Assembly (NCBI GenBank): GCA_016188675.1
Contig: JACPHJ010000188.1
Span: 18,397-50,396 of the forward strand
DNA from: Planctomycetota bacterium
Lineage (GTDB): Bacteria; Planctomycetota; Brocadiia; Brocadiales; Brocadiaceae
Length of the DNA stretch: 32,000 nucleotides
Reading direction: 5' to 3'
In this document: positions 15,319 to 23,641 of the stretch, piece after piece
Numbering within the stretch: the stretch's first letter is position 1
Layout of the letters: each line of letters starts with the position of its first letter
Position numbers and translations under genes: made by a program
Notes under the pieces: model-generated
Database searches by the model: none
Told to the model about the DNA's origin: nothing
Seen by the model: the letters and a program-made list of their open reading frames with translations, nothing else

Positions 15319-16088
15319 AAAGCAGGGCGATGAAATTAAGTATTCTTATATTTGTTGCCTCATGTTTGATTATTGTAATCTCTTGTATCGTTCGTTTTGT
15401 ATTTAAAAGAGATATGGTAACGGCTATGGGTGGCCTGAATTCAGTAATAGATGAGGATACCTTTGCACACCAGCGCAAACGGATGGTGGAAGAACAGATT
15501 GCTTATCGTGGCGTAACTGATAAAGGGGTGTTAGCGGCTATGGAGACGGTGCCCCGCCACTTCTTTATTCCCGAAGAAAACCGGTTGTATAGTTATTATG
15601 ACCAGCCAATACCGGTGGGTTTTGGCCAGACGATCTCCCAGCCATATATCGTAGCCTTTATGACGGAATTGTTGAATCTGGAAAAGGACGATGTTGTGCT
15701 GGAAGTAGGGACAGGGTCGGGTTATCAGGCGGCCATCCTTTCTACACTTGTAAAACAGGTGTATACGATTGAAATTATAGAAGGTCTGGGTAAAGAGGCC
15801 GCTAAGCGGTTGAAAGCCATGGGGTATAATAATGTGGAAGTCAGGATTGACGATGGTTATAAAGGGTGGCCTGAGTATGCACCCTTTGATGCAATTATCG
15901 TCACTGCCGCCGCAGAGCACATTCCCCAGCCCCTTATTAACCAGCTCAAACCCGGAGGCCGGTTGGTTATCCCCGTTGGCGGTGTTTATGAAGTGCAGGA
16001 CCTTATGTTGATTACTAAGGATGCCTCTTCGAAGGTAGTGAAAGAGTCCATTATTCCCGTCCGATTTGTTCCACTCATTCGGAAATAA
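15315..16088 (+). CDS. pcm: Protein-L-isoaspartate O-methyltransferase with an N-terminal membrane anchor or signal
   Basis: 257 aa. VPRH.F.P, the motif Q.I.QPYIVA.M.E.L and the EVGTGSGYQAA SAM-binding motif are present. It has a hydrophobic N-terminus (LSILIFVASCLIIVISCIV). The ATG overlaps the selD stop (ATGA). Confidence 0.85.
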   Translation: MKSRAMKLSILIFVASCLIIVISCIVRFVFKRDMVTAMGGLNSVIDEDTFAHQRKRMVEEQIAYRGVTDKGVLAAMETVPRHFFIPEENRLYSYYDQPIPVGFGQTISQPYIVAFMTELLNLEKDDVVLEVGTGSGYQAAILSTLVKQVYTIEIIEGLGKEAAKRLKAMGYNNVEVRIDDGYKGWPEYAPFDAIIVTAAAEHIPQPLINQLKPGGRLVIPVGGVYEVQDLMLITKDASSKVVKESIIPVRFVPLIRK

Positions 16089-16116
16089 AATCAGAAAATT
16101 TATAAGGAGAATACAG

Positions 16117-16803
16117 ATGGCCAGAAAGATGAAATGTTTATGGTTAGGATTCGTTATCGCTATTATGGTTTGTAGTCATTTTAACGCTGTTTTTGCCGGT
16201 CCAAAGTGGTCAATTGAGGGCGAATATTTTGAGGGGTGCACCTGCAATCCCGGCTGTCCGTGCCTTTTTGGCAGCGAGCCTACTCACAATAAGACGTGCA
16301 AAATCGCCGGTGTTTTTCATATTCAAAAAGGCAGCTATGGGCAGTACAGCCTGGACGGACAGACGGTTATTGGCATAACAGATTTGACGGCAACCCCGGA
16401 CAAAAATTGGATTGTATTTTACATGGATGATAAAAAAGCCTCAGCCGTTCAGATAAATGCATTGCTGGACATTTTCCAAAATCGTGTGTTTAACTTTGCA
16501 AAAGTTCCGCAGGACAGAATAACCGTAAGATATCTGCCTGTTAGTGTAGAATCCACCGAATGGCGAAAAAAAGCCGTAGCCGGCGATAGATTGACGCTGG
16601 ATGTTGAGTTGTTACATGGTGCGGGAGACACTGGCAAGCCTACCCAGATTGTGAACAAGAATTTCTCGATCTGGTCAAAGGAATTTGATTTAACACTGGA
16701 CATGGGGAAGGCAACCACCCATCGGTTCAATGAGGATAAGTACGAATGGAATTACGACGGGCGCAGCGGCTTTGCAACGAAATTCCACTTTACAAGCGAT
16801 TGA
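16117..16803 (+). CDS. DUF1326-domain protein with signal peptide
   Basis: The ORF track gives 16066..16803. I prefer the ATG at 16117 (AAGGAGA 6 nt upstream). It has a signal peptide (MKCLWLGFVIAIMVCSHFNAVFA). It also has the N-terminal W.I.GEYFEGCTCNPGCPCLF cysteine motif that I associate with DUF1326. Confidence 0.65.
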   Translation: MARKMKCLWLGFVIAIMVCSHFNAVFAGPKWSIEGEYFEGCTCNPGCPCLFGSEPTHNKTCKIAGVFHIQKGSYGQYSLDGQTVIGITDLTATPDKNWIVFYMDDKKASAVQINALLDIFQNRVFNFAKVPQDRITVRYLPVSVESTEWRKKAVAGDRLTLDVELLHGAGDTGKPTQIVNKNFSIWSKEFDLTLDMGKATTHRFNEDKYEWNYDGRSGFATKFHFTSD

Positions 16804-16817
16804 AAAGTGAATGTTTA

Positions 16818-16841
16818 GGTTCAATCGAGGACGATTGAACC
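16818..16841. other. Perfect 10-bp stem / 4-nt loop hairpin just after the DUF1326 stop
   Basis: ggttcaatcg-agga-cgattgaacc. No adjacent U-tract on either strand, so it is not a canonical terminator on its own. Confidence 0.6.
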
Positions 16842-16856
16842 CGCGAGTGTCTAAAA

Positions 16857-16953
16857 GCAACCATAGATTTCGCAGATTGCACAGATTTTGTGAAGAAGAT
16901 TTACAGATTATTTTGTATTTTTTATCTGTGTAATCAGTGTAATCTGTGGTTGC
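16857..16953. repeat. Composite inverted array of 9-bp-periodic NNCAGATT units between convergent genes; probable bidirectional terminator or REP-like element
   Basis: Left half: catagatt (16862), cgcagatt (16871), cacagatt (16880), tacagatt (16902). Right half in reverse orientation: atctgtg (16924), aatcagtg (16932), aatctgtg (16941). The outer arms gcaaccatagatt (16857-16869) and aatctgtggttgc (16941-16953) are complementary except for 1 position. A T5 run follows on the plus strand (16960-16964) and a T4 run follows on the minus strand. Confidence 0.7.
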
Positions 16954-16979
16954 AAGCGCCTTTTTATTGGTTAATTGAG

Positions 16980-18806
16980 TTATTCGACCGTTACGCTCTT
17001 GGCGAGATTTCTCGGCTTGTCCACGTCGCAGCCGCGCATGACTGCCGTGTGGTATGACAGCAATTGAAGCGGGATTACGGAAAGCAGTGGTATTAAGGCA
17101 TCAAGGGTTTTGGGAATATAAAATACATGGTCTACCTTTTCTGCGACCTGTTCATCTCCTTCGGTTACAATCGCAATTACCCGCCCACCCCTTGACTTTA
17201 CCTCTTCTATATTGCTTAAAATCTTCCCGTAAACTTTATCCTGTGTGGCGATGAAAATTACCGGCATATCCTCATTAATAAGCGCTATCGGGCCGTGTTT
17301 CATTTCTGCCGCCGGGTAACCTTCGGCGTGGATGTAAGATATTTCCTTGAGTTTTAATGCGCCTTCAAGCGCCACAGGGTAATTGTAGCCCCTGCCTAAA
17401 TAAAGGGCATGCTCGCTATCTTTATATAACTTTGCAATCTCCACAATTTCCTCTTCCCTGTTCAGGATAGACTGAATCTTGTCGGGCATTGTCTGGACGG
17501 CCTTTATCATATCTGAAAACATCGGTACATTGCCATGCCTTAGCTTCATCATGTGAAGGGTAAACAAATATAAGATAACTATCTGAGCGGTAAATGCCTT
17601 TGTTGATGCAACGCCTATCTCTGGGCCGATGTGTAAGTAAACGCCAAAATCCGATTCTCTTGCTATGGTGCTGCCAACGACGTTGCAGATTGAGAGGAGT
17701 TTTGCGCCCTTGTGTTTCGCCTCGCGCATGGCGCCAAGTGTGTCAGCCGTTTCGCCGGATTGGCTTATTGTGATTACAACAGTGCCTTCTTCAATCACGG
17801 GATTTCGATACCGGAATTCAGAGGCATATTCTACCTCAACCGGTATGCGCGCCAGTTCTTCCAGCATGTATTCGCCTACTAATCCGGCATGCCACGACGT
17901 GCCGCAGGCAACGATGACGATGCGTTTGGCTTCGCGGAGTATTTTTTCGTGACTAATCAATCCGCCAAGCCTTACAGAATTACCGCTCATATCAATCCTT
18001 CCACGCATGGCATTTCTTAGCGCCTGCGGTTGCTCGTGTATCTCTTTAAGCATAAAATGCGGATAGCCGCCCTTCTCGATCATATCTATGTTCCACAGTA
18101 CCTCTTCTACTTTTTTATAAGTAGGGATGTTTTGCATGGTCTTGGTTTCGTACTTGTTTGTGGTCAGAATAGCCACCTCATTGTCGTCCAGATACACCAC
18201 GTCCCGGGTATGTTCCAGGGATGCTGAAACATCTGAGATGATAAAATATTCCTGGTTACCGATTCCAATAACTAAAGGCGACCCTTTCCGCGCCGCTACA
18301 ATTTTTTGCGGGTCTTTTGGAGAAATTACTGCAATGCCATACGTCCCCTCTACTTCTTTCAACGCCTCCATGACCGCCATTTCCAGGTTGCCGTGAAAAT
18401 ATTTTTCGATCAGATGCGCTAATACCTCTGTGTCTGTTTCGCTCCTGAAGATGTGTCCTTCACGTGTTAATCGGGTCTTTAAATAATCGTAGTTTTCAAT
18501 GATTCCATTGTGCACGACAGCAATTTCGCTTTTGCAATCGACGTGAGGATGTGCGTTTTCCAGGGTGGGGGCGCCGTGTGTCGCCCATCGGGTATGTGCG
18601 ATTCCCATGTTTGCGTGGATATTGTTTCCGTTGAGCTTCTTTTCCAGTTCGGCAATCTTGCCCACGGCCTTTTCGCACCTTAAGGCGCCGTTTTCGATAA
18701 CTGCTATTCCGGAAGAATCATAACCGCGGTATTCGAGTCTTTTGATGCCGTCCAGGAGTACCTTAATAGTCTCTTTATGCCCAATATATCCTACGATTCC
18801 ACACAT
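16980..18806 (-). CDS. glmS: Glutamine--fructose-6-phosphate aminotransferase (isomerizing)
   Basis: The ORF track extends to 18875. The real start is the ATG at 18806, giving MCGIVGYIG (obligatory N-terminal Cys nucleophile) and 608 aa. It has tandem SIS domains and the conserved C-terminal ..DKPRNLAKSVTVE. Confidence 0.95.
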   Translation of the reverse strand: MCGIVGYIGHKETIKVLLDGIKRLEYRGYDSSGIAVIENGALRCEKAVGKIAELEKKLNGNNIHANMGIAHTRWATHGAPTLENAHPHVDCKSEIAVVHNGIIENYDYLKTRLTREGHIFRSETDTEVLAHLIEKYFHGNLEMAVMEALKEVEGTYGIAVISPKDPQKIVAARKGSPLVIGIGNQEYFIISDVSASLEHTRDVVYLDDNEVAILTTNKYETKTMQNIPTYKKVEEVLWNIDMIEKGGYPHFMLKEIHEQPQALRNAMRGRIDMSGNSVRLGGLISHEKILREAKRIVIVACGTSWHAGLVGEYMLEELARIPVEVEYASEFRYRNPVIEEGTVVITISQSGETADTLGAMREAKHKGAKLLSICNVVGSTIARESDFGVYLHIGPEIGVASTKAFTAQIVILYLFTLHMMKLRHGNVPMFSDMIKAVQTMPDKIQSILNREEEIVEIAKLYKDSEHALYLGRGYNYPVALEGALKLKEISYIHAEGYPAAEMKHGPIALINEDMPVIFIATQDKVYGKILSNIEEVKSRGGRVIAIVTEGDEQVAEKVDHVFYIPKTLDALIPLLSVIPLQLLSYHTAVMRGCDVDKPRNLAKSVTVE

Positions 18807-18888
18807 AAAAATTTTTCCCCAAAAAAATGCCAGATATTTATGAATATTATTATGCCTAATGAATAAGATTGTCAATATAAAAGTTCAT

Positions 18889-18917
18889 TTGACAGTAATT
18901 TATGGTTGTGATACGAT
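18889..18917 (+). promoter_or_regulatory. Candidate sigma-70-like promoter for lpxD
   Basis: TTGACA (18889-18894), a 17-nt spacer, then TACGAT (18912-18917). A back-to-back TTGACA on the minus strand (18875-18870) could serve glmS, but its -10 box is poor. Confidence 0.35.
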
Positions 18918-18941
18918 GTCCCAAACGAGGGGAGTGAAGCG

Positions 18942-19007
18942 GTTCGGGTAACGATAAGCGTTACCCGAACGAGTCGGAAGAGTAGGGCGGGTGGTTTATC
19001 CCCCGCC
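18942..19007. other. Two stable hairpins in the glmS-lpxD divergent region (putative lpxD leader)
   Basis: The first hairpin is gttcgggtaacg-ataag-cgttacccgaac (18942-18970), a perfect 12-bp stem. The second is ggcggg-N10-cccgcc (18986-19007). Confidence 0.6.
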
Positions 19008-19075
19008 AAATACCGACCACAAGGGATCAGTGCTGCGTTTTGCGTAAAAGGTTAAAATATTTTTGTAAAGAGCCT

Positions 19076-20086
19076 ATGGAATATACGCTAAATAAAATTC
19101 AGTCCATTATCGGCGGAAAAATCATCGGCGACGGAAACACGCTCATTAGCGGTGTTGCCAGCGTTGAATTTGCAAAAGAAGGAAGCATAACCTTCATCAA
19201 GGACGATACTTTAATCCCACAAGCCATGAAATCAATGGCCTCTGCATTTGTTGTGCACCGCGAGATTCAGGCGCTTATAAAACCCCAAATTGTTACTGAA
19301 AATCCATTTCTTGCCTTTGCGAAGTTTCTGGATGTTATAGCCAGGGAAAAATATATGCGTCCGGCAGGCATCCACCCTACGGCTATTATCAGCAAAGAAG
19401 CCGTCATAGGGAAAGGGGTTTCTGTTGGGGCTTATGCCGTTATTGACGACCATGCAAACATAGGAAATAATGTTACCATTTATCCACATACGTTTATCGG
19501 GAAGGAGAGCCGTATTGGAGACGATTCTGTTATTTATGCCGGCGTCTCCATTCGCGAAAATGTGATCATTGGAAAACGGGCTATTATCCATTGCAACAGT
19601 GTGATCGGAGATGACGGATTTGGTTATCTTCAGGTAAAAGGCAGACACGTTAAAATACCACAAGTCGGAATCGTGGAGATAGGGGACGACGTCGAGATTG
19701 GCGCTGTGGTAACGATTTGCCGGGCGGCGCTTGATAAGACGATTATCGGAAACGGGGTAAAGATAGATAATCACTCGCACGTTGCCCATAATGTCACCAT
19801 AGGAGACAACACGATGCTCATCGCCTATGCCAAGATTGCAGGAAGCGCAAAAATCGGAAAGAACGTTATGATTGCTGAGGACGTAGGTGTTACCGACCAC
19901 GCAACGATAGGTGATAACTGTATCATCGGCGGAGGTTCGAACGTTTACAAGAGTTTAGAGCCGGGTTCTGTGGTATGGGGTTCTCCGGCCAAATCTATAA
20001 ATGAAGAAAAGCGTATCCAGGTGTTAATCAAAAAACTGCCTGAAATGTATAATGCAATCAGGAAATTTATAAAGACCTCACAGTAG
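19076..20086 (+). CDS. lpxD: UDP-3-O-acylglucosamine N-acyltransferase
   Basis: The ORF track starts at a TTG at 19040. I prefer the ATG at 19076 (MEYTLNKIQSIIGG.IIGDGN..I.GVAS...A..G.ITF), which aligns with the E. coli LpxD N-terminus. A long left-handed beta-helix hexapeptide-repeat region follows. Confidence 0.9.
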   Translation: MEYTLNKIQSIIGGKIIGDGNTLISGVASVEFAKEGSITFIKDDTLIPQAMKSMASAFVVHREIQALIKPQIVTENPFLAFAKFLDVIAREKYMRPAGIHPTAIISKEAVIGKGVSVGAYAVIDDHANIGNNVTIYPHTFIGKESRIGDDSVIYAGVSIRENVIIGKRAIIHCNSVIGDDGFGYLQVKGRHVKIPQVGIVEIGDDVEIGAVVTICRAALDKTIIGNGVKIDNHSHVAHNVTIGDNTMLIAYAKIAGSAKIGKNVMIAEDVGVTDHATIGDNCIIGGGSNVYKSLEPGSVVWGSPAKSINEEKRIQVLIKKLPEMYNAIRKFIKTSQ

Positions 20087-20152
20087 GAACCGGCGAGACA
20101 TTACTACAAATTGATGGAAGATCTGTAACTGAAAATTACACAGATTTCATAA

Positions 20153-21400
20153 CTACAACTTTCCCAAAATAATGCTGGCATTGTGGCCGCCGAAACCGAA
20201 TGAATTGGAAAGCACCTTATTGATATTTTTTTTCTCACGGGCTGAATTGGGGACAAAATCCAGACCTGCACATTCAGGATCGGGTGTTTGATAATTAATG
20301 GTTGGTGGGATAATTCCTTCCTTGATCACCATGGCGCAGATGATTGCTTCTACGCTTCCCGAAGCGCCAAGTTGATGACCCAGCATGGATTTTGTAGAAC
20401 TGACAGGTATTTTGTGTGCATTCTCTCCAAAAACCTTCTTTATGGCTTTTATTTCTATATTATCACCGATTGGGGTTGATGTAGCATGAGCATTGATATA
20501 ATCAATTTCCCCTGAATTGCACTGCGCGTCTTTAAGTGCGCTTGTCATACATCGCATTGCGCCATTACCATTTGGTTCCGGCGCTGCAATATGATAGGCA
20601 TCTCCATTGAGTCCGTAACCAAGTATCTCTGCGTAGACGTTTGCGCCTCTTTTCCTTGCCGTCTCAAGTTCTTCTACCACGATAACACCGGCGCCCTCGG
20701 AAATGACAAAACCATCCCTGTCTTTATCGAACGGACGGCTGGCCTGTTGTGGGGCGTCATTGCGGGTAGAAAGCGCTTTCATGGCGCTAAATCCGGCAAG
20801 GCCTAAAGGACTTATTACCGCCTCTGAACTGCCGGTAATCATGATATCTGCATCCCCCCTTTGTATAATACGGACAGCTTCGCCTATGGCATTGACGCCG
20901 GTGGTACACGCCGTTACCAATGCATAATTGGGGCCTTTTAACCCAAATCGTATTGCAACCTGAGCCGATGCGGCGTTGACCATCAGTTTGGGAACCATGA
21001 AGGGTGATATCCTTGAAGGGCCTTTATTCATCAGAATGCTGTGTTGTGCTTCAAGCTCTAACAAACCTCCCATCCCGGAACCAATTACAACCCCGATTCT
21101 CGTTTGGTCAAAGCCTTCCAACTTCAGCCCGGCATCTTCTACGGCATAAATTGCGGCAACAACGGCGAATTGTGCAAAGCGATCTAACCGTCGCGCCTCC
21201 TTAATTTCAAACCATTTAGCCGGATCAAAGTTGCCGACCTCGCCTCCGAAGTGTACTTCGTGAGCAGAGGTGTCGAAGGCGGTAATAGGTTTTATGCCGC
21301 TTTTACCTTCACAAAGTGCCGACCAGATTTGTTTTTTCTCAAGCCCGAGAGGTGTAACAGCGCCAACGCCAGTAATAACGACTCTTCGTCGTTCCTGCAT
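20153..21400 (-). CDS. fabF: 3-oxoacyl-ACP synthase II
   Basis: 415 aa. RRVVITG.G..TPLG, the active-site ACTTG Cys, HATSTP, GHQLGASG and the ending SFGFGGHNA are present. It lies immediately downstream of acpP. Confidence 0.95.
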   Translation of the reverse strand: MQERRRVVITGVGAVTPLGLEKKQIWSALCEGKSGIKPITAFDTSAHEVHFGGEVGNFDPAKWFEIKEARRLDRFAQFAVVAAIYAVEDAGLKLEGFDQTRIGVVIGSGMGGLLELEAQHSILMNKGPSRISPFMVPKLMVNAASAQVAIRFGLKGPNYALVTACTTGVNAIGEAVRIIQRGDADIMITGSSEAVISPLGLAGFSAMKALSTRNDAPQQASRPFDKDRDGFVISEGAGVIVVEELETARKRGANVYAEILGYGLNGDAYHIAAPEPNGNGAMRCMTSALKDAQCNSGEIDYINAHATSTPIGDNIEIKAIKKVFGENAHKIPVSSTKSMLGHQLGASGSVEAIICAMVIKEGIIPPTINYQTPDPECAGLDFVPNSAREKKNINKVLSNSFGFGGHNASIILGKL

Positions 21401-21401
21401 T

Positions 21402-21635
21402 TTATTTGTGTTCCTCTATGTATTTTATGGCGTCTCCCACCGTTCGGATCTTTTCTGCTTCTTCATCCGGAATGTTCATATCAAAGGCGTCTTCGAATTC
21501 CATAATCAGTTCTACGGTATCCAGAGAATCCGCTCCCAGATCGTTAATAAATGACGTTTCTTTGGTAATCTGATCGACTTTTACACACATTTGTTTTGTA
21601 ATAATCTCTTTGACCTTCTCTTCGGTTGATGACAC
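21402..21635 (-). CDS. acpP: Acyl carrier protein
   Basis: 77 aa with the [16 protein letters not shown] phosphopantetheine attachment motif. Its stop is 1 nt from the fabF ATG. Confidence 0.95.
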   Translation of the reverse strand: MSSTEEKVKEIITKQMCVKVDQITKETSFINDLGADSLDTVELIMEFEDAFDMNIPDEEAEKIRTVGDAIKYIEEHK

Positions 21636-21658
21636 TGTTTTACCTCCTTATCATAAAA

Positions 21659-22612
21659 TTAATTCAATTTTCCTATATTTTTAAATGCCTCTACCGTGTC
21701 AATATTCCTGATTTCCTGGGTAGAGTCAATCCTTTTCATAAGGCCTGACAGAGATTTTCCGGGGCCTATTTCATAAAATTGATTAAATCCGTCACGAATC
21801 AGCATGGAGACTGATTGATGCCACCGTACCGGACTATTGAGTTGTTTTGCCAAGGACGCTTTTATCTCGCCGGGTTCCCGTACGTATTGTGCATGGATAT
21901 TAGCCACAACGGGGATATTCGGCTTCGTAATCGGCGTCAATTCAAGTTCCTTCGAAAGTTTACTGCTCGCGGGGCTCATTAAATCAGAATGGAACGCCCC
22001 GTCTACCTTCAAAGGCACAACCATCCTTGCCCCTCGTTCTTTGGCAAGGGCAGACGCCTTTTCTAAAATCGTTTTTTCGCCTGAGATAACCACTTGCCCA
22101 GGACTATTATAATTTGCGGCACAAATAATTCCAAGTGATTTCATCTCATCGCAAATTTGTTCTACTTTTTCATCTTCCAGTCCGATAACGGAAACCATCC
22201 CCCCCTGGTTTGAATTGCATGCCTCCTGCATAAACATACCGCGCTTGTATACCAGCCGTACTCCGTCCGTAAATGTCATAGAACCGACGGCTACGTGGGC
22301 TGTGTATTCTCCGAGACTAAGCCCCCCGGCAGCAAGACAGGTCTCGATTTGAATAGAAGAGTTTTTTTTTAAGACTTCCAGTATGGCTATACTGGTTACC
22401 AATATAGCAGGCTGACAAATGGAAGTCTTGTTTAATTCCTCCTGTTTTCCGTGAAAGCAGATTGCGGATAAATCAAAACCCAGGGTTTCGTTGGCTTTGT
22501 TAAAGACCTCCCGCGCCTCTTTGAACTGTTCATGGAAATCTTTGCCCATCCCCGGATATTGAGCGCCTTGTCCGGGGAAAAGGAAAGCGGTCTTTCGTAT
22601 GCTCTCTACCAT
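21659..22612 (-). CDS. fabD: Malonyl-CoA-ACP transacylase
   Basis: The ORF track starts at a GTG at 22633. I prefer the ATG at 22612 (MVESIRKTAFLFPGQGAQ), which overlaps the fabH stop (ATGGTAG). The GLSLGEY active-site serine motif is present. Confidence 0.9.
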   Translation of the reverse strand: MVESIRKTAFLFPGQGAQYPGMGKDFHEQFKEAREVFNKANETLGFDLSAICFHGKQEELNKTSICQPAILVTSIAILEVLKKNSSIQIETCLAAGGLSLGEYTAHVAVGSMTFTDGVRLVYKRGMFMQEACNSNQGGMVSVIGLEDEKVEQICDEMKSLGIICAANYNSPGQVVISGEKTILEKASALAKERGARMVVPLKVDGAFHSDLMSPASSKLSKELELTPITKPNIPVVANIHAQYVREPGEIKASLAKQLNSPVRWHQSVSMLIRDGFNQFYEIGPGKSLSGLMKRIDSTQEIRNIDTVEAFKNIGKLN

Positions 22613-23595
22613 CTGATAACTGAAGACCCCCACGTTAATCCACCCCCGAAAGCTACCAGCATAACAATGTCTCCTTTGTGAAGACGGCCTTCCTTTCTGG
22701 CTTCGTCAATTGCGATGGGAACGGAAGCGGATGATGTGTTTCCGTATTTATCAATGTTTACAAACGCTTTCTCCATCGGCAGCCCAAGTTTTTCCATGGT
22801 TGCTTCAATAATCCTCAGGTTGCTCTGATGTGGAATAATTAAGTCTATATCGGCAAGTGTGAGCCCGTTTTGTTTAGTTGTTTCTAATATTAAATTTGTG
22901 ATATTATTAATCGCCAGTTTGAATACTTCTTTGCCTTTAAATTGAATATAATGCAACCGTTGTTGAACTGACTCTACAGACGCAGGATTCCTTGCCCCTC
23001 CTCCGGGCATGATAAGCACGTCCGCCTCTGATCCGTCTGCGGCTAAGTTCGAGGAAAGAATCTCGTGTTTTGCAGGGTTTTTTTGTATAATGACTGCGCC
23101 GGCTCCGTCTCCGAATAATACGCAGGTTGTACGATCCGTGTAATCGGTGATTTTAGATAAACATTCAGCCCCTACCACCAAAACGGTCTTCATTGCGCCT
23201 GAATTTACAAAACTTTGTCCAATAGACATGGCGTAGATAAATCCGGCACATGCCGCAAGGATATCAAAAGCGCATGCCCGTGTTGCGCCGATTTTTTGTT
23301 GTATATAGCAAGAAGTCGAAGGGAAGATATGGTCGGGCGTAATCGTAGAGGTAATAATCATGTCTAAATCTTTGGGAGAAACACCGGCGTCTTCCATCGC
23401 CCTGAGCGAAGCCTGTGTGGCAATGTCAGACGTCGTAACTCCATTCTCTACGATACGGCGTTCTTTGATGCCCGTCCGCTGGACAATCCAGTCATCACTG
23501 GTATCAACCATCTTTTCTAAATCGCAGTTTGTTAGAACCTTGCTTGGCAGGTAGGATCCTATACCCGTAATAGATGCCCTTTGATTTTGTTGCAT
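22606..23595 (-). CDS. fabH: 3-oxoacyl-ACP synthase III
   Basis: 329 aa. I.G.GSYLP..V..N.DLE, the active-site Cys ACAGF, HQSN, GNTSSAS and the ending FGGGLTWG are present. Confidence 0.95.
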   Translation of the reverse strand: MQQNQRASITGIGSYLPSKVLTNCDLEKMVDTSDDWIVQRTGIKERRIVENGVTTSDIATQASLRAMEDAGVSPKDLDMIITSTITPDHIFPSTSCYIQQKIGATRACAFDILAACAGFIYAMSIGQSFVNSGAMKTVLVVGAECLSKITDYTDRTTCVLFGDGAGAVIIQKNPAKHEILSSNLAADGSEADVLIMPGGGARNPASVESVQQRLHYIQFKGKEVFKLAINNITNLILETTKQNGLTLADIDLIIPHQSNLRIIEATMEKLGLPMEKAFVNIDKYGNTSSASVPIAIDEARKEGRLHKGDIVMLVAFGGGLTWGSSVIRW

Positions 23596-23641
23596 GTGTA
23601 TTAGTTCGTTGACCAGAGGAGATTAATAGACGGCTAACCGG

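Noticed and set aside
16066-16116. N-terminal extension of the DUF1326 ORF overlapping the pcm 3' end
   Set aside because: The internal ATG at 16117 has a strong AAGGAGA Shine-Dalgarno and yields a proper signal peptide. The extension lacks both.
18807-19075. Possible glmS ribozyme in the glmS 5' region
   Set aside because: I could not find the conserved glmS ribozyme core on the minus strand. The hairpins present lie on the lpxD side of the divergent promoters.
19232-19900. 222-aa ORF antisense to lpxD
   Set aside because: It lies entirely within the well-supported lpxD frame. Hexapeptide-repeat genes typically generate long shadow ORFs. No Shine-Dalgarno or recognisable motifs.
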